A stretch of DNA of 62,235 nucleotides, filler included, from Dimargaris cristalligena (Eukaryota), in the NCBI GenBank assembly GCA_003614675.1. It is 20 parts of 20 records of this genome, joined end to end, with 100 filler letters (N's around TTAATTAATTAA, not from the genome) between each part and the next. Parts side by side here need not be neighbours in the genome. Positions count along the whole stretch, not along the records: positions 46,940 to 49,948 come from ML004058.1; positions 50,049 to 52,944 come from ML004059.1; positions 53,045 to 56,042 come from ML004060.1; positions 56,143 to 59,141 come from ML004061.1; positions 59,242 to 62,235 come from ML004062.1; 15 more parts are not named here. The stretch is one strand, 5' to 3'. This document shows positions 49,630 to 62,061 of this stretch, piece by piece. Made by a program: the position numbers and the translations under genes. Under the pieces are notes generated by a model, which saw only the letters and a program-made list of their open reading frames with translations, did not search any database and was not told the DNA's origin. Each line of letters starts with the position of its first letter. Positions within the stretch are counted from its first letter, which is position 1.

Positions 49630-50343
49630 ACATTTACAACATAACCGCACTGTCCTCCACTTCGAGCAACGTAGAGATAACCCAAAGGCCGCGGAGAAGG
49701 TGTATTCCATGCGTAAAGTGCTTTAGCCAGTGATCTGGCCCTAGTCCTGCCCCGCTCATTTAGGCCGTCAGGTATCAGCAATTTTCCTTCTTGGAGGGTA
49801 GCCCAGTCCACCTATTGACTATTATCCCTTTTCCATATATATACATATATACACGCATACTTCAATTATCTGATATCAATTTTAAGAACAGAGTCTATTA
49901 TTTTGGTATTGCACCCATTGCCCGATATTGCCTGGGGGTATTGGACAANNNNNNNNNNNNNNNNNNNNNNNNNNNNNNNNNNNNNNNNNNNNTTAATTAA
50001 TTAANNNNNNNNNNNNNNNNNNNNNNNNNNNNNNNNNNNNNNNNNNNNTCGACGTTGGGTTCCCGTCATCGAAAAGCTCCTTCGAGGTAGGTCCCGTGTT
50101 TATATTTACTACTATTCAGAGCCCTTTTAAGCCGGAAATAGCCTAACTGACACCCATACCGGGGTGTATTCCGGGGAGGGGGGGGGGGGTCCCGATAAAT
50201 ATTAGATATATGGGTATCTATATACCTCTCCTTGAGTCCCTATTTTGTGTAAGTCCATACAGCTGCCCGCCACTGAGCAATATTACTCGTTGCTTAGTCA
50301 CTAATGGTCATTTTCAATCTATACTGACGTTATCGGAATATAG

Positions 50344-51399
50344 GGGCTGGCCTACTTACACACCAACACCACAGCACCGAGCTTCCCTTATAATCTCGGC
50401 TACGTCGCCATATATGACAAAACGGTGTTGGACAAAACCGCACCTGTTGATGTTTTCGACCCCAACGTCAACCTGGTGATTGTATATGTAAAATCCGATA
50501 CCCTCCGCTGTCGCGATTTCCCAGCACTTCATAACCACCATTGTATCATGATCTCCTATCGGCGGGTCCACCCGCTTCTCGGAGTTATGAACCGGTATAA
50601 TATCAATCAGCCGATTCTGATGGACGACCGAGGGCGCGATGGCCACTACGCCCCTTTCCTGAACCTTCGGCTCGTCTTACTCGATAAAGATGGCCAGCCG
50701 GTGGACTTTAGCGTCATGCCCACGTCGAAAAAACGTGCCATCATCGCCGGCTCCGTCATTGGCTCTATCGCCTTTGTGGTTTTTTTACTCATTACCTATT
50801 TCGCCTACCGCCGTTATCAGTACAGTCGCCTTCTGGCTATGCGTCGTAGCCGTGGTATAGAAATGCTCGAAACGGGCCTTAAGCAGGGCGCCCCGGGCCC
50901 TCTGGACCCATTACTGTTGGAGTATTTACCCGTCATCAGTACCCCAAAACGAGCTCTGTCCTCATTGAAGCGGGCCACCCCCCAGGTGTCAAGTAATGAC
51001 GGCGAGGAACAGGTGGACGAAGATTTGGATCTCGGTGAGCGACGGGCCGCGCGGGCTCCCCAATTTGGCCTGGCGGCTGCCGTGGCCAGCTTGAGGAGTG
51101 GCATACGGCCCCTAATGGGCGAGTCCCACTGCCATTCTTCGGGGAATCGGAGCAAATCCGGTGGACCTAGTAGCGGTAGCGAAAGCAGGGGTGAACACTG
51201 CGCCATCTGTCAAGAAAGTATACGGGGAGGGCAAAAGATTCGGCAACTGCCTTGCCGGCACGATTTCCATGTAGCCTGCATCGACCAATGGCTTACGAAG
51301 AAGTCTTCCGTATGCCCGCTGTGTAAGCGGGACTGTGCCCTGCCATGTATAAAAAAAGCGGGGCCTGGTTTCTTACTTTATCAACGAACCAGCCGATAA
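50344..51399 (+). CDS. Single-pass membrane RING-H2 E3 ubiquitin ligase (PA-TM-RING/RNF13-like), last exon; 5' end unresolved
   Basis: TM AIIAGSVIGSIAFVVFLLITYFAY; RING-H2 C-AI-C...C-R-H-DF-H-VA-C-IDQWL...C-PL-C. A TAG acceptor at 50343 follows a CTGAC branch; in-frame donors exist at 50249 and 50087. Confidence 0.85.
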   Translation, partial: GLAYLHTNTTAPSFPYNLGYVAIYDKTVLDKTAPVDVFDPNVNLVIVYVKSDTLRCRDFPALHNHHCIMISYRRVHPLLGVMNRYNINQPILMDDRGRDGHYAPFLNLRLVLLDKDGQPVDFSVMPTSKKRAIIAGSVIGSIAFVVFLLITYFAYRRYQYSRLLAMRRSRGIEMLETGLKQGAPGPLDPLLLEYLPVISTPKRALSSLKRATPQVSSNDGEEQVDEDLDLGERRAARAPQFGLAAAVASLRSGIRPLMGESHCHSSGNRSKSGGPSSGSESRGEHCAICQESIRGGQKIRQLPCRHDFHVACIDQWLTKKSSVCPLCKRDCALPCIKKAGPGFLLYQRTSR

Positions 51400-53754
51400 A
51401 GAGCCTTTCAAGGCTGTACTATATTTAACATTTTATATTTAATTGACGTCGTATCTCGGTTTTGTGGGCTGGGATTGTTGAGCTATATTTACAGTATAAA
51501 ATTACCACATTTTTAATAACTGGTCCAATTGTAGTGGCACTGCCTTGTTTAACACCCCATATGGGCTATTCTAATACTTAAAGTCCATAGCGTATATGGT
51601 ATTCACGGTTCGTTACAATGAAATAAGGTCGCGGGTATATAGTTTAGTTCAGATGTTTTTCATCAGAAACAGGGGGTTGAATAAGAGTTTCCTATCAATA
51701 ATTCAGAGATGTGCGCTGATTAGGTCAGACTAAAATTGAGCTCAAGTATTGGGCGGCTATCGATGCTCCTGATAGCAGGGTGTTGTACATACTGTGGGGA
51801 TACCATCGACCCCCCTTCAGCCGTCTACTTGCCACGCTACACACCTATTATGAGGGTAAAGGGGCCGGGGTCGGTATATTGAGCCCAATTGGGTGTATGA
51901 TTGACTCCTTTAGCCTGAAACCAGGGGAGGGTCCAATTTCAGGAGTATGCATCTAAGCTGTTAAATATTTGTCGAAACCTAACAAGGGGGTCCCTCCTAT
52001 ACGAAGGCGTTCCATTCAGGTCAATCAGTTTATTAGAAGGGCATTGTTATTAATGCCCCATACAATAGAGGTCTAGTGCAAATATAGGTGCGGTTTGCTG
52101 TCTGATCCCGGCCATGGTTAGACTAGTTCGAGGTTTCACTGCTACAATAGTATAGAGCAGTTGGTGTGAGTAGGAAATTGTCCGCGTATTTCCGCATATC
52201 GTTGAATTTACTCGCCGGGATAAGCGCTGGGACTAAGTGGTACTAGACAATATCTCAGATGTGCAGCAGCAGCTCTTATTGTAAGATGTACGCATCCGAA
52301 TCAGGTAGTTTCCGATGGTGTTTGGCTCTGTTTAGGGCTTATGGTCTCAGTGAAGAGAATGGGGAGATGAGCAAGCCGCATTTTTGCTTGCCTTTCGGTA
52401 TAATGCTGGTGGTCTGACTTAGGTCCAAACATCGGAAGCACGTTGGGATGTTATCCGGTAGCCCATTACTGTGCTTGGTTGTACTTTACCCTGGCTTCAA
52501 GTGTGAAACCTTGTTTCTCATCGCTCGTTCGTCTTTTACCAGGCGATAATCACTTTTAAGGGGCATCTATTTTAAGACAGGACGCACTAGTGGTTCGCCG
52601 GTGATTTATTAATAGTAATTGCTCTAGAGATGCAGTCAAATGGGATAGCCGGGTTAAAGCTGTGGCCACGTCATTGAATTTGAATGACCTAGCCATGGTT
52701 CGTGCATTAATACTGTGCTAGTAACTGAAACCGACTAATTCAACAACCTGCTTTTACACTGACATTTACAAAGTAATTCAGCTGGCATTACATTATTAGC
52801 AAGGTAATATAGATAACGGGTTCAGATCCCCCACTAATTTATTACAACCTATTGTTTGACTTGGCGAAGCTCGGTAGTTTTATGTCCAACTAGGACCCCA
52901 TTATTCATACTAGCTCCTGTTTGGATACCATCGTCATAGTAGACNNNNNNNNNNNNNNNNNNNNNNNNNNNNNNNNNNNNNNNNNNNNTTAATTAATTAA
53001 NNNNNNNNNNNNNNNNNNNNNNNNNNNNNNNNNNNNNNNNNNNNAATTATTTGACTGGCTTTAGTCAAAACCATAGTCACTAACCACCATCAAACTACAT
53101 TTAAATATCTTAGGGCATACTTCCACGCTATTTTACCCAATTTCTACATTGCCTCCACCGTAACCAATATCGTTTTAAGATCCCTGGGACAACGGTCGCA
53201 GTGCCTTCTGTTCATTAATCTCCAACAGCCTTTTTATTGAGCCCACAGTGTGTATCCAGATCTAAGATTTTGGTTAACATGTGTAGGTAACTACGTATTA
53301 CTAGTAGGCATGTGCGAGCATAAAATTCAGGGGGCCCTTCATACATAATCCTAAGAGGCATTGTAGTTTTTGTAGAATGGGTCCACAAATATAATCCAGA
53401 AGGTCTGGTGTTTATGAAAGAGAAGCCTGCACAGTAATTAATGATAAGATGGTTGTACTATCTACTTATTTATCATCAGAATAGATTGGTGATTTAATCG
53501 GAAAACGTCTTAAACTGGATTGTTTGTTATGGTGCAGTTATGGCCCCAGATTAGTGGGGGACTTATGATGGAGTAGTGGCCCCTGCCCGAACACTCTGAG
53601 AAAACAGTTGAGTGGGAACCGTGCTCATTCATACTATTAATAGAAATAATGGGCAGATTGACATACTGCTCATATTTAATGGGGATTACGCATAGAAATT
53701 TTATTGATATGGATGTCTGATTGAGCATGCTAGGTAGGGTAAGGCCACTATGAC

Positions 53755-53976
53755 TTAATAAAATCGGGCCGAAGAGGAGTGGCAGGAGCTGGAAGGAGAA
53801 ACCGGTCTATTGGTGTTTATGATAAAAGGCCGGCCAACAAATGGGCTCTTTTTAAGATAAAAATTGTTTTCCAACCAAAACGGTTGCACCCGCCAGTTGA
53901 CGGGGTTGGCATGGGCTATAACGAAGAGAGCGACCATGGCAATGGGGAGGGCCTTTAAAAATGGGGTAAACTGCAT
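53755..53976 (-). pseudogene. Frameshifted paralog of the 8830-9051 secreted precursor
   Basis: Same signal peptide. A 52-bp deletion between CCGTTAA and CCGTCAA shifts the frame; the ancestral frame now has KR changed to KQ and a stop. Confidence 0.6.
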
Positions 53977-54599
53977 GGTGGATATAGTGGGAATTTGGGT
54001 AGGTGGAAAAAACAGAGTGAAATACATTGTAATGAACTGCTTTGGACGAAGTGTTAATGAGTGGATACTGCTACCTGAAGGGCGGGCTACCAAGTGGTAT
54101 TTATATTTTTCCATAAAGGGAGTATAGGCGGCCGCTGTTCATTAGATGGGTAGTTTAAAAAAACTGTCTCACTAGCTTCCCTACTATCCAGGCTGCTGTT
54201 CTCTGTTACAGTCATGTAGAGATATTTAGGTGAGATATGTTTTGGGAATGCCGTCCTGTCCTTCCAGCTCTGCCAATTGCACAATGACCACCTGGCCACA
54301 ACTGTTCAAGTTGATAATACAGAGATTTACATCTCGACTCTTTGGTGACAATTCTTGGATTATGAAGTAGATAATTTTTCGCTATTGTCTAGAAGCTTCA
54401 CCCCTCTTGCCCGTATTCTGCAAATCAGTCTATTTTAGCCAGCAGGATAACTGTAATATAGAATGTTCCACTATGAATGGATAAACGTGGTTAAGCCTAT
54501 TTCTCTCTGCTTTATTGAGAGAAAAGGAGAGAGAAAGTTGAAAATTTACCCTGTCTCTTTATCATTGCTACTATTGACTTTGCCATCCCCTCTTCCCCT

Positions 54600-55409
54600 A
54601 GTTGGCCCTTCTAATCTGACCTAATCCAGCTGGATAATTATCTGCCATATCAGGCCTTATAGTGCCATATTGAACCCCCTATGGTCACCCCCAGTACTAT
54701 AGGGACAACCATTATTATATAACCCCACTAATCGGGCTCTCTGGTATTTGCACTAATCACTCCACTGTCAATCTGAGGCCCCTTCCAGTTCCCATGGAAG
54801 TCTTCTCAATACAAGGACCACCTGGTCAGTTTACTCATTGATGGCTTACTTATATAGTTCCTCCCCTTGGGACCTCCTGTTGGAGTAGTCCCCTGTGTAT
54901 ATATAACTGGGCCCACTTGGACTGGTTAGGATCCTTAGCTTATTCATATTCCCTAGTTTACCCCTAATAAATATTGGAATACTAAGGACTTTAAAGGAAT
55001 TATAACTGGAAGAAAAGGAAGAAAGCAGCTAGAGGATGGTAGGTGCCTCTAGGTGGTTAGTTTTATTGAACTGTAATTTTTGATAGGGTAAAATATAAGT
55101 GCCTAACACAAACAATCTCATGATAGTAGAATAAACTAATGTAATTGGATAAAATAGGATAGGATAAATACTATGTAGCAACATACTCTTCAATAATAAA
55201 CAACTATATATGCTTATCCCCCTGTACTGACTAAGTAAGTGTGTACCACTACATGTCCCTGGCATAGTTGACTATGCTTGCTTTATTTAGTTAGTACTGC
55301 ACCCCTCCCTAACACTAGTAGCCTGCTTAGCTGAGTCTAAAGCCCACCAACCATTAGAAGCCTACTCCCAAGACTTTTGATAGACTAAGAGTGGTTAACT
55401 TGGGTGACA
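54600..55409 (+). repeat. LTR family A carrying a nested 224-bp element
   Basis: Homologous to 7625-8205 apart from the insertion. The duplicate lies at 57698-58507. Confidence 0.85.
54972..55195. mobile_element. Solo LTR family C (224 bp) with 5-bp TSD
   Basis: ATAAA|TATTG...CAATA|ATAAA. Absent from other LTR-A copies; duplicate at 58070-58293. Confidence 0.75.
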
Positions 55410-55732
55410 CTAATGGAGGACTATATTGAATGGTCTCTCAAAGGAAAGCCTCTGTACCCCCATCAGCCATAGACCTACTAGCACCTTATAAAGGACTATA
55501 AGGTACTGTGGAAGGAATGGACCCCCACCCACAAATGACTGCAGGCAATCAAGCTGTCACACTACAAAGGACCATAGAGATATACCCTGAAGATGCCCAA
55601 CTACAAAGGACCATGGAAGCACACCCCCCAACAACACCCACCCCCTCTGAGGATGAACTCAGAACCACCTGAACACAGCAATACATTGATGGACCAGTGC
55701 CAAACCATGGAGTACACATTTTACAAGGCTAC

Positions 55733-56042
55733 TGTGATGAACTTACCATATTTTTTACTTACTTTTATTTTTAATCCATTTTTCGCACTTATTGGAGGTA
55801 CGCCCCTGATGAGTGAATGAGCCCCTGCCCCTGATGAGTATAGTCATTTTTCCTACATTTTCATTATTATATTATTTTTCCTATTATTATATTTTATACC
55901 CTTAACTATGATGCACCCCTGCCCCTGGCCCAACTGCGCCCCTGTTTAAAGAATAGCTAACAATAGCTTTCTCCCTTTCTTTTTTCTCTTCTATTATTTC
56001 ACATTGAATTTATTGGTTACCCAAGTATTACCTATCCTTTGT
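55733..56042 (+). repeat. LTR family B, 5' part (duplicate at 58831-59141)
   Basis: TGTGATGAACTTACC start. Confidence 0.8.
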
Positions 56043-56852
56043 NNNNNNNNNNNNNNNNNNNNNNNNNNNNNNNNNNNNNNNNNNNNTTAATTAATTAANN
56101 NNNNNNNNNNNNNNNNNNNNNNNNNNNNNNNNNNNNNNNNNNAATTATTTGACTGGCTTTAGTCAAAACCATAGTCACTAACCACCATCAAACTACATTT
56201 AAATATCTTAGGGCATACTTCCACGCTATTTTACCCAATTTCTACATTGCCTCCACCGTAACCAATATCGTTTTAAGATCCCTGGGACAACGGTCGCAGT
56301 GCCTTCTGTTCATTAATCTCCAACAGCCTTTTTATTGAGCCCACAGTGTGTATCCAGATCTAAGATTTTGGTTAACATGTGTAGGTAACTACGTATTACT
56401 AGTAGGCATGTGCGAGCATAAAATTCAGGGGGCCCTTCATACATAATCCTAAGAGGCATTGTAGTTTTTGTAGAATGGGTCCACAAATATAATCCAGAAG
56501 GTCTGGTGTTTATGAAAGAGAAGCCTGCACAGTAATTAATGATAAGATGGTTGTACTATCTACTTATTTATCATCAGAATAGATTGGTGATTTAATCGGA
56601 AAACGTCTTAAACTGGATTGTTTGTTATGGTGCAGTTATGGCCCCAGATTAGTGGGGGACTTATGATGGAGTAGAGGCCCCTGCCCGAACACTCTGAGCA
56701 AACAGTTGAGTGGGAACCGTGCTCATTCATACTATTAATAGAAATAATGGGCAGATTGACATACTGCTCATATTTAATGGGGATTACGCATAGAAATTTT
56801 ATTGATATGGATGTCTGATTGAGCATGCTAGGTAGGGTAAGGCCACTATGAC

Positions 56853-57074
56853 TTAATAAAATCGGGCCGAAGAGGAGTGGCAGGAGCTGGAAGGAGAAAC
56901 CGGTCTATTGGTGTTTATGATAAAAGGCCGGCCAACAAATGGGCTCTTTTTAAGATAAAAATTGTTTTCCAACCAAAACGGTTGCACCCGCCAGTTGACG
57001 GGGTTGGCATGGGCTATAACGAAGAGAGCGACCATGGCAATGGGGAGGGCCTTTAAAAATGGGGTAAACTGCAT
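56853..57074 (-). pseudogene. Second frameshifted paralog of the 8830-9051 precursor
   Basis: Translation identical to 53755-53976. Confidence 0.6.
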
Positions 57075-59242
57075 GGTGGATATAGTGGGAATTTGGGTAG
57101 GTGGAAAAAACAGAGTGAAATACATTGTAATGAACTGCTTTGGACGAAGTGTTAATGAGTGGATACTGCTACCTGAAGGGCGGGCTACCAAGTGGTATTT
57201 ATATTTTTCCATAAAGGGAGTATAGGCGGCCGCTGTTCATTAGATGGGTAGTTTAAAAAAACTGTCTCACTAGCTTCCCTACTATCCAGGCTGCTGTTCT
57301 CTGTTACAGTCATGTAGAGATATTTAGGTGAGATATGTTTTGGGAATGCCGTCCTGTCCTTCCAGCTCTGCCAATTGCACAATGACCACCTGGCCACAAC
57401 TGTTCAAGTTGATAATACAGAGATTTACATCTCGACTCTTTGGTGACAATTCTTGGATTATGAAGTAGGTAATTTTTCGCTATTGTCTAGAAGCTTCACC
57501 CCTCTTGCCCGTATTCTGCAAATCAGTCTATTTTAGCCAGCAGTTTAACTGTAATATAGAATGTTCCACTATGAATGGATAATCGTGGTTAAGCCTGTTT
57601 CTCTCTGCTTTAGCGAGAGAAAAGGAGAGAGAAAGTTGAAAATTTACCCTGTCTCTTTATCATTGCTACTATTGACTTTGCCATCCCCTCTTCCCCTTGT
57701 TGGCCCTCCTAATCTGACCTAATCCAGCTGGATAATTATCTGCCATATCAGGCCTTATAGTGCCATATTGAACCCCCTATGGTCACCCCCAGTACTATAG
57801 GGACAACCATTATTATATAACCCCACTAATCGGGCTCTCTGGTATTTGCACTAATCACTCCACTGTCAATCTGAGGCCCCTTCCAGTTCCCATGGAAGTC
57901 TTCTCAATACAAGGACCACCTGGTCAGTTTACTCATTGATGGCTCACTTATATAGTTCCTCCCCTTGGGACCTCCTGTTGGAGTAGTCCCCTGTGTATAT
58001 ATAACTGGGCCCACTTGGACTGGTTAGGATCCTTAGCTTATTCATATTCCCTAGTTTACCCCTAATAAATATTGGGATATTAAGGACTTTAAAGGAATTA
58101 TAACTGGAAGAAAAGGAAGAAAGCAGCTAGAGGATGGTAGGTGCCTCTAGGTGGTTAGTTTTATTGAACTGTAATTTTTGATAGGGTGAAATATAAGTGG
58201 CTAACATGAATGATCTCATGATAGCAGAATAAACTAATGTAATTGGATGAAATAGGATAGGATAAATAATATGTAGCAACATACTCTTCAATAATAAACA
58301 ACTATATATACTTATCCCCCTGTACTGACTAAGTAAGTGTGTACCACTACATGTCCCTGGCATAGTTGACTATGCTTGCTTTATTTAGTTAGTACTGTAC
58401 CCCTCCCTAACACTAGTAGCCTGCTTAGCTGAGTCTAAAGCCCACCAACCATTAGAAGCCTACTCCCAAGACTTTTGATAGACTAAGAGTGGTTAACTTG
58501 GGTGACACTAATGGAGGACTATATTGAATGGTCTCTCAAAGGAAAGCCTCTGTACCCCCATCAGCCATAGACCTACTTGCACCTTATGAAGGACTATAAG
58601 GTACTGTGGAAGGAATGGACCCCCACCCACAAAGGACTGCAGACAATCAAGCTGTCACACTACAAAGGACCATAGAGATATACCCTGAAGATGCCCAACT
58701 ACAAAGGACCATGGAAGTGCACCCCCCAACAACACCCACCCCCTCTGAGGATGAACTCAGAACCACCTGAACACAGCAATACATTGATGGACCAGTGCCA
58801 AACCATGGAGTACACATTTTACAAGGCTACTGTGATGAACTTACCATATTTTTTACTTACTTTTATTTTTAATCCATTTTTCGCACTTATTGGAGGTACG
58901 CCCCTGATGAGTGAATGAGCCCCTGCCCCTGATGAGTATAGTCATTTTTCCTACATTTTCATTATTATATTATTTTTCCTATTATTATATTTTAGACCCT
59001 TAACTATGATGCGCCCCTGCCCCTGGCCCAACTGCGCCCCTGTTTTAAGAATAGCTAACAATAGCTTTCTCCCTTGCTTTTTTCTCTTCTATTATTTCAC
59101 ATTGAATTTATTGGTTACCCAAGTATTACCTATCCTCTGAANNNNNNNNNNNNNNNNNNNNNNNNNNNNNNNNNNNNNNNNNNNNTTAATTAATTAANNN
59201 NNNNNNNNNNNNNNNNNNNNNNNNNNNNNNNNNNNNNNNNNC

Positions 59243-59443
59243 CGCCGTGACATTGGTGAGGATCAGTTCCTTGTCCGTCGTGCAAAGAAAAACAAGGGTA
59301 GCAAGTCCAAGAATGCGGAAACGGCCGCCCCTCTGAACCGCCGTGACATTGGTGAGGACCAGTTCCTTGTCCGTCGTGCCAAGAAGAACAAGGGCAGCAA
59401 GAAGGGCAAGTCGGCCGAATTACCCCCGGCCCCTACCGCTTAG
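59243..59443 (+). CDS. 3' end of a Kex2-processed repeat protein (KEP), 96-bp tandem units
   Basis: RR-DIGEDQFLV-RR-AKKNKGSKSKNAETAAPLN-RR-DIGEDQFLV-RR-AKKNKGSKKGKSAELPPAPTA*. The four differences in the first 21 codons of the two units are all synonymous. AATAAA at ~59606. Confidence 0.8.
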   Translation, partial: RRDIGEDQFLVRRAKKNKGSKSKNAETAAPLNRRDIGEDQFLVRRAKKNKGSKKGKSAELPPAPTA

Positions 59444-61559
59444 TCCCTATTATCGACTGGTTCTCCATCATATATTATATTTATTTAACAGGGCTAGTCG
59501 TCACATTTGCCGTGCACCATTGTCAGTGGTCCCATTTCTTTGGACAATCCATCAGACATACTTAAATATCCATAAAGCCACCTTCTTGTGATGTCAATGT
59601 TGCCCAATAAATGCCGTATATACACACATATGCTAAGCAAAAGGCTTCTTAGTCCCTATTTACGATTGCTTGAAATGGGATTGTCACTTTGTATACAGTA
59701 ATTAGACACTTATGTAAGGATTGTGGAGCTTTTCTCCAGAAGAATTCTACTTGGGCTGATGATAAATCAGATGGATTGTTTATATATACGATGCTGGCCT
59801 ATTTCTGAAGAATAGCATCGTCTACTTAACCCAATAACCACAATACACGTGTTTTTGTCAGCCGTGGGCTGCTATGGGGGCATTGTGATTGGAATATAAA
59901 ACACTGTTGCGGATACGCGGGCATGCAGGGTCACGGATATTGTCAAATAGGCTTTGGGCTGCGTTGGTAAATTCCTGACTATACTGTAGGTAGAATTATT
60001 GTCTATGCATAGCTATAATCCACCACTAATTTCTAAAATATGTACACTATACTCACACTAATGTGTAATTCCCCTCTGACAAGCCATGATTGATTGCTAG
60101 CGGTTGATATCACATCCAGTCTATAGTTTATCGAGCAATCCTATGATTAGCTTGAGCATATTCTGTCGGCATCCAGCGTGACGATTTACATATTTATTAT
60201 TACTAGGATTAATAACTTACCATTATCTTGTCATCGATGTATTTCTATAACACTCGAACTCGCTTATAAAAGACAGTAGAATCCTGTGATGGGAACACAA
60301 TAGTTTTCTACTTATTGAAGTTCACATATTTCTGATACTATATTTATTTTTATGAATTAACTAATACCATGTTCGCTAGTATTTGTAGGTACTTTGGCAA
60401 TTGTATTTCTTTACTCCCTATGATTCTACCCAGCACCTTTGAGGCCGCCCCATCTGCACCCTCGAACAATCCTAGCCCTGTTAGTTAGGTACCCTTTATT
60501 GCCACGTCTAAACAACTGGAGAAGGAAGGCAAGGATGCTTCGCAGATCCCTAAACCTAGTGGTTTGAAGATGGAGTCAGCCAACTACATATACTAAGTTA
60601 TGAATAATCCCAAAGTGAAATTAAATAGTAGGACTGCTAGTATCTTAATGTGGAGGGCTGATGGATGGATGGTGATACCAGTTCATGGACGTGTACAAGG
60701 AAATTTGCCGGGGCTTTTTATTTGTGGCCCGTAAATGAAAATGCGCGTACGACCAGCCTCTCCCCCGAAGTTGCATAGGGTTGCCTTGCTTGGCCATCCC
60801 AAACCACCATTTAAGGACGGATGCCCTTTTACTAGAGAATGGTTAGTTGCGCCACCCTGCCCCTAGACCTACACACCCTAACCATACCCAAATTGTACCC
60901 CCCGTTTTTTACCAATGAGCCCTTAATCCTGAATACTTTGGCAATATCCCCTGATCTTGATCACTGTATTTTATGTATACTGTCAGAGTATAACCGGAGG
61001 TAGTTAGGCGATAAGAAACTGAATGGTACGGTGTAAAAAATGAGAATGCAGCATCAATGTGAAAATATAGGGACACTTGCCTAAACAGCCAATCCAGCCC
61101 TAATATGGTTGGGCAGTGCAGATCACATTTTACCCCACCTCCCCCTAATAGCTTTCACTGAACTCTAATTTGTTCCAATCTTCCCACTAGCTGCTACTGT
61201 CTTCAACCTCCTTTTCAAGGGCATGTCAGAATTGGGCTGGCAGGAATACCAGATGGGTTGTTTTATGCAGATTGGTTAACAGATGGCATAGTCAGAAGTG
61301 AGTTTGGAGGAATGTGGGTGTCTGAGGGAATGGGGGGGGGGGGGGGGGGTACAGTCTATGTATAGCCTTAGCATCCTAATTCTCCAATGCACTTTTACTC
61401 TTAGAATTATAGTTCCAGCTTTTTATGAAAGATTGGCCCATATTTAATGTGGGTACTAAGCTCAATACAGTGGGAGCCAATAAAGCAACAAAGGGGGCAG
61501 CAAGGTGGACTAGCATGGATAACTTCATTGTGTAGGATATATCACTGTGAATAGGGGGT

Positions 61560-62061
61560 TGTCAGCCCTCCTAATCCAACCTAATCTGGACCTAATGATC
61601 ATCCACCCTTGTTAGGCCTTACAGCACCATACCTACCCTCCCATGGTCACCCCTGGTACTATAGGATCATCATCTAGTATATAACCCTTCTCCTTCTGGC
61701 CCCAATGTTTTTCACCAAAACACTCAACCTGCTGATCCAAGACTCTTCTAGTTACTATGAGAGTCTTCCAGATACTAGTAGCTGTCCAGTTGGCCTATTT
61801 TTATTATATACCTTAGTTACCTGTAGTCTTCCCTTGGGACCTCCCTCTGGAGTCATCCCCATATATATATAACTAGGCCTCATTAGGATCAGTTAGATTC
61901 CTTAGCTTATTCTTACCCCCCTAGTTTACTCCAATAAACTCTACATATGCTCACCCCCTCATACTGACCAGTAAGTGTGCCCACTGAACATCCCTTACAT
62001 AACCAATCACCTAAGCCTTTATTAGTTAGTACTGTATCCCCTACCTGATACTAGTAGCCCG
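61560..62061 (+). repeat. LTR family A (3' LTR-like, purine tract upstream), interrupted by LTR-B
   Basis: GAATAGGGGGT|TGTCAGCCCTCC. Confidence 0.85.

Larger units (their letters stand above)
53045..59141. repeat. Two near-identical ~3-kb contigs (53045-56042 and 56143-59141); more diverged inverted copy at ~7300-9351
   Basis: Same start sequence and a constant 3098-bp offset with scattered substitutions. Confidence 0.97.

Noticed and set aside
59343-59591. 82-aa ORF from the ORF track
   Set aside because: Wrong frame. Differences between repeat units are synonymous only in the RR-DIGEDQFLV frame.
60352-60570. Possible secreted-peptide pseudogene after a TATA box at ~60265
   Set aside because: The hydrophobic stretch is broken by two stops and shows no clear homology to the other precursors.
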